Below are positions 52,333 through 64,000 of a stretch of 64,000 nucleotides of DNA, piece by piece. Below the pieces are notes generated by a model. The model saw only the letters and a program-made list of their open reading frames with translations, ran no database searches and was not told the origin of the DNA. The stretch's first letter is position 1. Each line of letters starts with the position of its first letter. The stretch comes from Takakia lepidozioides (lineage: Eukaryota; Plantae; Bryophyta): contig CM060731.1 of the NCBI GenBank assembly GCA_030704615.1, forward strand, positions 62,930,001 through 62,994,000. The letters are read 5' to 3'. The position numbers were made by a program, and so were the translations under genes.

Positions 52333-53431
52333 AAACCTCACTTTTAAAATGCGGCGCCCTGGGGTCGCTGTTTGGGATGTCCCATTTGAGTGTTTTTTGA
52401 AATTTGAAATTTGAAAAAATGGCGGGATCCACATGGTTAACAAAAAGGCAGGATTGTGCATGGTTCAAAAAATGGCGGGACACACATTAGCCACGTAGTG
52501 TGAAACCTAACCCTTCAACATGTTTTTGCAAATAGCCAACACATATTGAGTTCTTAACTCATTCAACATATTGTTAGACAAATGTGAACTCAAGACCTCT
52601 AGATTATACACATAGTAAGACACTTCAAACTAACCAACATATTGTTTGTTGAACTTACACACAAACTCATGATTTAATTGTACATAAGGAAGTTCATGCG
52701 AGCGTTGCTCGTCGCGACCTCGAAGCGACACTCCTCGCATCGCTTAAATGTAAGCGACGTCTTTTCCTGCATTCTCTATTCTAGAAACCTAAAAATGATC
52801 AAGTCATTTGTAGCGACGCCTCAGGCTTTCGTTACAAATGACTTATTAACATAACTTATAGGCCCCCCCCCCGAAAGGGGTAGTAGCCGTAAGACGAAGT
52901 GGCTCTTAGTTACGCCGGTTACGGCCGGAGTCTTCTCTCTGACTTATCAACAAGAAAAACTCAAATGCGACGCCCTGGGCATCGCTAAAAATGACTTAGC
53001 AAAAAAAAAACTCAAATGCGACGCGGTACGCCCAGGGCGTCGTATTCAAAAAACAACGTTATATATATATATTGGGGTGCTCGATGCGACGTCCAGGGTT
53101 TTCCCCCCCCCCCCTCCTGGGGTGCTTGATACGATGTTTTGTGACGCCCAGGGTGTCGCATTAAAAATGCGATTTTTGTTTTATTTTTTGTTTTATTTTG
53201 TTTTTATTTTGCTTGATGCGACGCTTGTTTGATTGCGACGTTTTTCTAAAAAACAATTTGTCCTTTGCGACAAAGACTTTGCCAAAATCCACATAAAAGT
53301 GGATTTTGGCAGTGTTTTTGCGACGCCCTGGGCGTCGCAAGCCCGTCGCAACATGGGGATGCCGCGGGGGTGTTGCACGGGAGAGGTGCCATGGGGGTAG
53401 GCGTCGCAAACCCCCCTTTTTTCCTGTAGTG
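52056..53431. mobile_element. Complete non-autonomous CACTA element
   Basis: Ends CACTACA...TGTAGTG, perfect 3-bp TSD CGT (52053-52055 and 53432-53434), many GCGACGCCC/GGGCGTCGC subterminal repeats. Removing it rejoins the Harbinger frame (..DRDHN|DYMIVQAIVD). Confidence 0.93.
52852..52939 (+). mobile_element. Family A short retroposon, copy 3, with 13-bp TSD
   Basis: Flanked by TGACTTATTAACA (52839-52851) and TGACTTATCAACA (52940-52952). Confidence 0.78.
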
Positions 53432-53698
53432 CGTTATGGTCTCTATCAAACCAATTCAGATGTGCCGGTAGATCAAATAAGATATGACTACAATCTAGCA
53501 CCACCGCAACACTAAGGGATTCCATGAAGGTCTTCAAACCCTGACTTCATTTTTGACAATGCTTTTCCTTCTGGCCATTGTCAATGATCATGGATTTGCC
53601 GATTTAGGGCTTTTGAGAATTTCCATAAAATTCTGCTAGTAGTGGATTTGCCACACCGAACATCTCACCTACCGCCAAAAATGAATCTCCTGTTGCTA

Positions 53699-53789
53699 GA
53701 GAGAAGACTCCGTCCGAGGCCGACGTAACTAAGAGCCACTTCGCCTTGCGGCTACTGCCTCCTTTCGGGGGGGGTGGGCCCTATAAGAA
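53699..53789 (-). mobile_element. Family A short retroposon, copy 4, with 12-bp TSD
   Basis: Flanked by CTCCTGTTGCTA (53687-53698) and CTCATGTTACTA (53790-53801). Confidence 0.72.
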
Positions 53790-56043
53790 CTCATGTTACT
53801 ACTATTTGTAGAGACAAAGCCCACTTGTTTCACCCTTAAATGCCCCATGTCATGTTTGATTTAAAAAAAAAACACCTGACCCATTGCCCCAATAATCACT
53901 GTAAAACTTGAAAAATCCAAATTTTTGAAAATTGACCGGACATTCTATGGCCACCTCCTTGTTGCACACCTTGTCAAACATTCAAGGAAATCTGACCAGA
54001 TCCAACGATTTTGCACCGTTGAAACTCAGGCCTATTTTGGGGCTCATTGTAAAACAAATTCAATTTCTAGCTAGTTTATTTTATTTTTTTAGTGATGGGT
54101 TTATATTTTTTTCCATGAAACTTTGTCCTTGTCATTAACACTGAGATGCAACGTCTGACAAATTAAACATGAGCTGATAGAAGAATATAGATGATGTGGC
54201 ACGTGGTCAACGCACATAACATCTTTCATGGGGGTCCCTGCATAACACAACCACAACTCAAGAACAGAGAGGGAAAACTAAAGAACAACCTTCATGGGAT
54301 GTAATTCACAAACATACCCTATGTGCCTCCCAAAAAAATTGAGAGAACGGCATGCAGAGCCTATGTTGGCAGGTGGCTCATATGAGCATACTCAATGGGC
54401 AAATATTTGCGATCAGATCTTCCCAAGATATTTTAATATGAAAAGCCCAAAACGGGCATTGTGGGCGTTTCGGGGTTAACAACGAATAAATGTCTACCTT
54501 TGATGTTTTGTAAACCACGGGACGATTTTTCATGAGGTCATTGGACAACATTTCACAAATGTAATTGAAAGTAGGAACCGAAACTCGAAACATTTTTCGA
54601 AATCGTTCTTTATCATCTCTCAATCATTTCTAAAAAATGATCCCACCAGTGAATGGAGCGGGGTTTGATATACCATGGTCTATAGTTTGTACCAAATATG
54701 TACATCTTTCCAACGCCACCCCACGCGCGACAACCACATTTCTTTTTCTTGCACTACCATGATTGTAGCTTCCAACTGTCTCTGTCGTTTTCTTGAAGCA
54801 TATGCAGCTTGAAGACATACTCTATCACTCAACATGGTGTTTGAAGCAAGAAGTGTTATAGCGGCCATTGCAGTGGATGCATAGATCATTGCTCCAAAAC
54901 ATGCTTGTTTTCTATTTGCTTCCATTCTCAACATAGGTCTTTCAAGCTGTTGCTTGTTTCTATTCTCAACAACAGTCTCACAATGTTGTCTGTCTGCATT
55001 CTCAACGTAGGTATGACGATATTAGAGCATCCCCATCCTACACTGAACCCAACATGCCAACGGAAAACAATGGTTATATATACAGTTTCAAGATGGGCTG
55101 GAACATGTCCACACCTTTGCCCTTGAATACTATATAATCCCGTAAAGGGCGGGCACTGTATATCTCTCCGGGCCCTGAACCCGAGCGTAATATACAGGGC
55201 CCTGAATCTGCCCCTGAAAACAAGTCAACGTGACCATGCCCAAGTGAGAGAGCGAGTGGGGAATGGGGGAGCCGAGCTGCGCGGGGCGATCAGGGCTAGG
55301 GTATGCATGAGTCGGGGCTGCCCCGCCACAGAACCCAACAGGCCTGAATCGATCATGGTATCTTTGGCGTTACAAAGAGTCTTTCGGGCTCAAGGGTGGG
55401 GATGCTCTTACTTGCTTTCATTTTGTACGCAACTCACGGAGCCGGTAAACACAACACAACACAACACAATGTGTTTGGATATCGGTTTGCACATGGAAGG
55501 ACCATCTCAATAGTCAATGGATGGAATCCTTGGTCAACCCCATCTTGGATGATGTGAGCAAACAGGAAAGGGTTCACATGGAAAGTGACCCTTAGTTAAT
55601 GAAATGAAATGGTGCTTTATAACATCCGCAGAAAGCTCCTAGAGCTTATGGGATAAAATGGAAGAAAACATGAGAGAGGAAACAAAACCAAAGCCAAACC
55701 CAGAGTGGGGCTTGTGCTTCAAACCTCGCTTGGCTTCATCCACCGAGGATAAGGAAAAGCGGGCGTTGTGGACTATCCGCATTTGTGGCAGCCTGTGCTC
55801 CACCAACACCCCAACTCCGGATCACACATTTCTCACAGTAACCCAAAGACACAAGTGAGATTGTAACTGCAACCAACCCAATCAGTCTTCTACTGTCAAT
55901 CTTCTACTGTCAATGTGGAGTATTACACTGGGTCCTTGCAGTTTTGCCAAAAGGGAAAGCACGAACTGTTTGCATGGGTTGAACTGCACTCTGTGCTCAC
56001 GCCCACAGTGTGGGACTGGGGCATGAGTCCTGGGAATTGAGCT

Positions 56044-56880
56044 ATGGCCATGGAGTTGCAGCAGTTGAGGTCTTGGACAGTGTGTGCCACTCCCTCTCTG
56101 TCCTGCCCCACTCGACTCAAGAAGCAGGCCCCACCTTCCCCTGATTTCCAGAGGCTATGGAGACCGGTGAGGGTGAGTGCCGAGGAGAAGGTTCAGGAGA
56201 AGAGTGCGCAAAAGCAGGGATGGTTTTACAACACCTTTGTGGCGCAGAGTACAATGGAGGCAAAGCTGGCCAAGTTCAAAGGAGATGTTGCTGCGAGGGA
56301 TGGATTTGTGGGTTCGTGGTTTAAGGATTCTTTCAGGTACACAGCCTGGGTGGAAGTCCACCGGAAATTGACTGAACGACATTTGAGGAGCTTGGGGTGC
56401 GAGGAAGCCCACAACCTGGCCAAACAAGGTAAGGCTGTGTTGATTGATGCCCGGGAGGATCTAGAGTTTGAGGCGACCCACGCTGAAGGTGCTATATCTG
56501 CTCCTCTTTTCCGCCAAATCCAGGGGAATGACACCAAAGCCAATCTGAGGAGGCTTGGCTACGCCTTGCTCACCGATTTTGCTGGAACTGAACGAAATCC
56601 TGACTTTGTGAGCAAGGCACTGGAGGGGGTGGGAGGGCAGAATGACAAGCAAGTGATTGTTTACTGCAATGTTGGAGGTACCTTGCTTACATATGTTGAG
56701 AGAACTGGCCCCAAGGCAAAGAAGTTTGCTGATCCTGAGCGCTTATTTGGCCGCCAATCGCGATCCCTGAAGGCCATCTATGAACTCCAAGAAGCTGGCT
56801 TCACCAATGTATTGCATCTCAAGGGAGGTTTCAATGACTGGATCCATTTCGATTTTCCGATAGATGGAACTGGGGTTTGA
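56044..56880 (+). CDS. Rhodanese-like domain protein, STR14-related, probably plastid-targeted, intronless
   Basis: 278-aa ORF with a transit-peptide-like N-terminus. AVLIDAR..EFEATHAEGAISAPLFR, RRLGYA...FAGTERNPDFV, VIVYCNVGGTL, GRQSRSLKAIYEL..AGFTNVLHLKGGFNDW. Confidence 0.9.
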   Translation: MAMELQQLRSWTVCATPSLSCPTRLKKQAPPSPDFQRLWRPVRVSAEEKVQEKSAQKQGWFYNTFVAQSTMEAKLAKFKGDVAARDGFVGSWFKDSFRYTAWVEVHRKLTERHLRSLGCEEAHNLAKQGKAVLIDAREDLEFEATHAEGAISAPLFRQIQGNDTKANLRRLGYALLTDFAGTERNPDFVSKALEGVGGQNDKQVIVYCNVGGTLLTYVERTGPKAKKFADPERLFGRQSRSLKAIYELQEAGFTNVLHLKGGFNDWIHFDFPIDGTGV

Positions 56881-58321
56881 CCAGCCACGAGACTGGGGAT
56901 TGTATATTTGTAGCTAGGAATAGACAAGATTTTGCACAATGAAGCAAGCTGTAAGGACTCAACCAGCACTACAGTCTATGTATACTAGTCTCCTCATGTA
57001 AAAAGAGCTTGTATCCTGCAACTGTGGCAGTGGTGCTGCTTGAGTCCAGGCGGAAGGCCTACTTACTGGATTTCTTGTCTGCAAAGGTACGCCTCAAGAG
57101 TGTTTACTGACAAGGCACAGGGACATCTTGTGTTCAGGTTCAATCTGTGAATCTAGGTTTGAGGTTGGCTGAAACATTGGAGCTCATGCTGATCTAACAC
57201 AAGGCTCTGTCTGCAAATCAAATCGCAATTGGATAGCTGTAGCCTGGATTTGCGAGGCAGGAGGTCGGACAGGTGAATAACAATAGGCTCCTGATATGCT
57301 CCTGATATGTGCAAGCAACTTGCAATGTGCACTAGGATGCATGTGTCTGAATATATGATTCTGTGAAGTGGGTCCTGTATGCACAGTTCTCAACCTATCA
57401 GGGTCCTTACTGAAACCAAAAGATTTGCAGCCACCTAACTAAGTATCAGTCTCGGTGACATTGTTTGAACCAAAGTGTCATTTCCCACTTGAAAACCATA
57501 ACTCCTGAATTGAGAGACACTGATGTCATGTGAACTAAACCAAAGGAAATCTCCATTGTTGACATAGACATAAAAGATCAGACAAGGAACAAAGGTGTCA
57601 CTGACTTTGATTGTGACACTGTGCCCTAAGCTGCAGTGCGGTACGCAGTATAAAACACATTCCATAGATGACACCAATGGCTCACTGATAGAATATGGAC
57701 TGAAACATCTTTCTGTCACAATGCCAAACTCAATCTTGGCACTAGAGCAGCTGAAAATATATTGTTAACTTGGTCTTGATGGATTCAACATCACACAATC
57801 TTGAACCAGGCAAAGAAAGATTGTGCCCAGAAAACTGGGAGAAGGCAGCAGCCCCTTTTTGCAAGTTGACTTCACAGCAATTGTTCTGAAATAGATCTGA
57901 TTACCTACACGAGTAGTAATGGATATCTCATCCTGGCAGCACCTAATCTCACTTGTTGGTTTTCTCGTTTATACTGAATGAAGAGACCAATTTCGTCTGC
58001 ACAAAGTGTGCCTGCCCACGCACATACATCAGGCCTCCGGTTCCCCCATGGAAAGGCTGGGACATTCCGCAGTCATTGTAACTATCACTGTCTTCAAAGG
58101 AATTTGCCATCAGCCAAAACCTTGTCTGACATGAAGCAGGTGAGTGAGTCTGTCTGATCACCACATGAAGCAGATGAAGATCTATACCTTCTGTATTCTC
58201 CTTCCTGATCTCTTGAACAAAGGATGCTACTGGTATTCCTTGTGAACCACCACAGTTAGATATGGATTCATGGGCCTGTATGGGTTCTTGTCCTTAGGTC
58301 AAGTACTCCTAGGACCAAATC

Positions 58322-63294
<4,973 letters not shown>

Positions 63295-63646
63295 CCCCTC
63301 CCAATCTCTTCCCTCTCAGGACTTTGAGATTCCCCTACTGAAAATTGCATTGGCATGGGAGAGTGTTTTTGGGCATCTTCAGTGTGCACATGCACATACA
63401 TATACAAAGTACTAGTCTACCTTTTAGAGTCTCTGGATTTCTTCCTAATCGAATCTTTATCGTTTAGAGCGTCGAGGCAGACTGTGCCATTCATAGGGCA
63501 ATTGTAGGGATCAATCAGGGATCTCTGGGGAACCAGGAGTCCTTGACTGTTCATGTCAGGGAACGGACCAGCTATACCACGATGGGCTAATGACAACTTT
63601 CCACCTCATATTCTTGGTTAGGTTGTTAGGGTCCCCCGGAGGAGGA

Positions 63647-63838
63647 GGGTTGCGCCGGCCAAGGAGGTAGTGCAATACCGAGGCGACGCTCGCGGGCCCG
63701 GGCAGCAAGCTACCGGGTGAGCCCGCACCCGAGAAAAACTAGATTAACGTCATGAGACTTGATGAGTCTCGTATCAGGTATTACACTGGTAAGAACAGAT
63801 ACCATACATAGACTTAGCCGACAGGCCGAGAATGTTTT
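63647..63838 (-). ncRNA. U2: Variant U2 snRNA (divergent 5' domain) or U2 pseudogene
   Basis: 192 nt, ungapped against the canonical copy with 26 substitutions. 5' end AAAACATTCTCGGCCTGTCGGCTAAGTCTATGTATGGTATCTG. Stems III/IV and loop IV retained. Confidence 0.9.
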
Positions 63839-63863
63839 GAGGAAATACAGACGCCTGGCGTAT

Positions 63864-63907
63864 TATATACCCTGGTGAACACCAAACTTGGACAAACGAT
63901 ATGGGAC
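63864..63907 (-). promoter_or_regulatory. Intact USE (63897-63907) and TATATA (63864-63869) of the variant U2
   Basis: GTCCCATATCG and TATATA identical in sequence and spacing to the canonical U2 promoter. Confidence 0.88.
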
Positions 63908-64000
63908 TAAAATTTCGCACGGCCAATAATTTGTCGCGCCTTGCAAAGGCTATGGCATGGGAAAAATTGCTCGTAAGACCATGCTTCCCGGCTTGTGCAC

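Larger units (their letters stand above)
51560..54934 (-). mobile_element. PIF/Harbinger transposase, degenerate and split by nested insertions
   Basis: RFRKMFRVSVPTFNYICEML; VGEMFGV..ST; GIP*CCG..DCSHI; IVQAIVDLETRFSYVFVGFPGSVYDSRIF; IGDIGY..WLLVPW; FNYKHSSIRIAIERAFGILKGVWRIL; ACCFLHN (DDE_Tnp_4-type motifs). Confidence 0.88.

Overview
Eukaryotic nuclear DNA from a land plant, probably a non-seed plant (inferred from GT-AG introns, plant USE/TATA snRNA promoters, PLS-type PPR fragments and TE families). It holds three intact protein genes: a 10-exon aspartyl protease with a predicted GPI tail (13660-19930, +), an intronless STR14-like rhodanese (56044-56880, +) and an 8-exon DPM1 (58322-63294, -). 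Two U2 snRNA loci sit in an inverted duplication about 42 kb apart. A canonical U2 (20824-21015, +) is followed by a dead copy of DPM1 exon 1. A variant U2 (63647-63838, -) keeps an intact promoter but has a rewritten branch-point and U6-pairing 5' end, and lies just upstream of the live DPM1. The rest is mostly nested TE debris: Ty3/Gypsy, hAT, PIF/Harbinger, a non-autonomous CACTA, LTR-like repeats, short retroposons and a ~190-bp tandem array. It also holds gene relics (NOT3 exon, ABCG, PPR fragments). The two strongest leads are (i) a spliced, degenerate gene at 28455-31767 with the motif order of a prokaryote-type beta-class N6-adenine/N4-cytosine DNA methyltransferase, and (ii) the variant U2. 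All family assignments come from motif recognition by eye; no searches were run.
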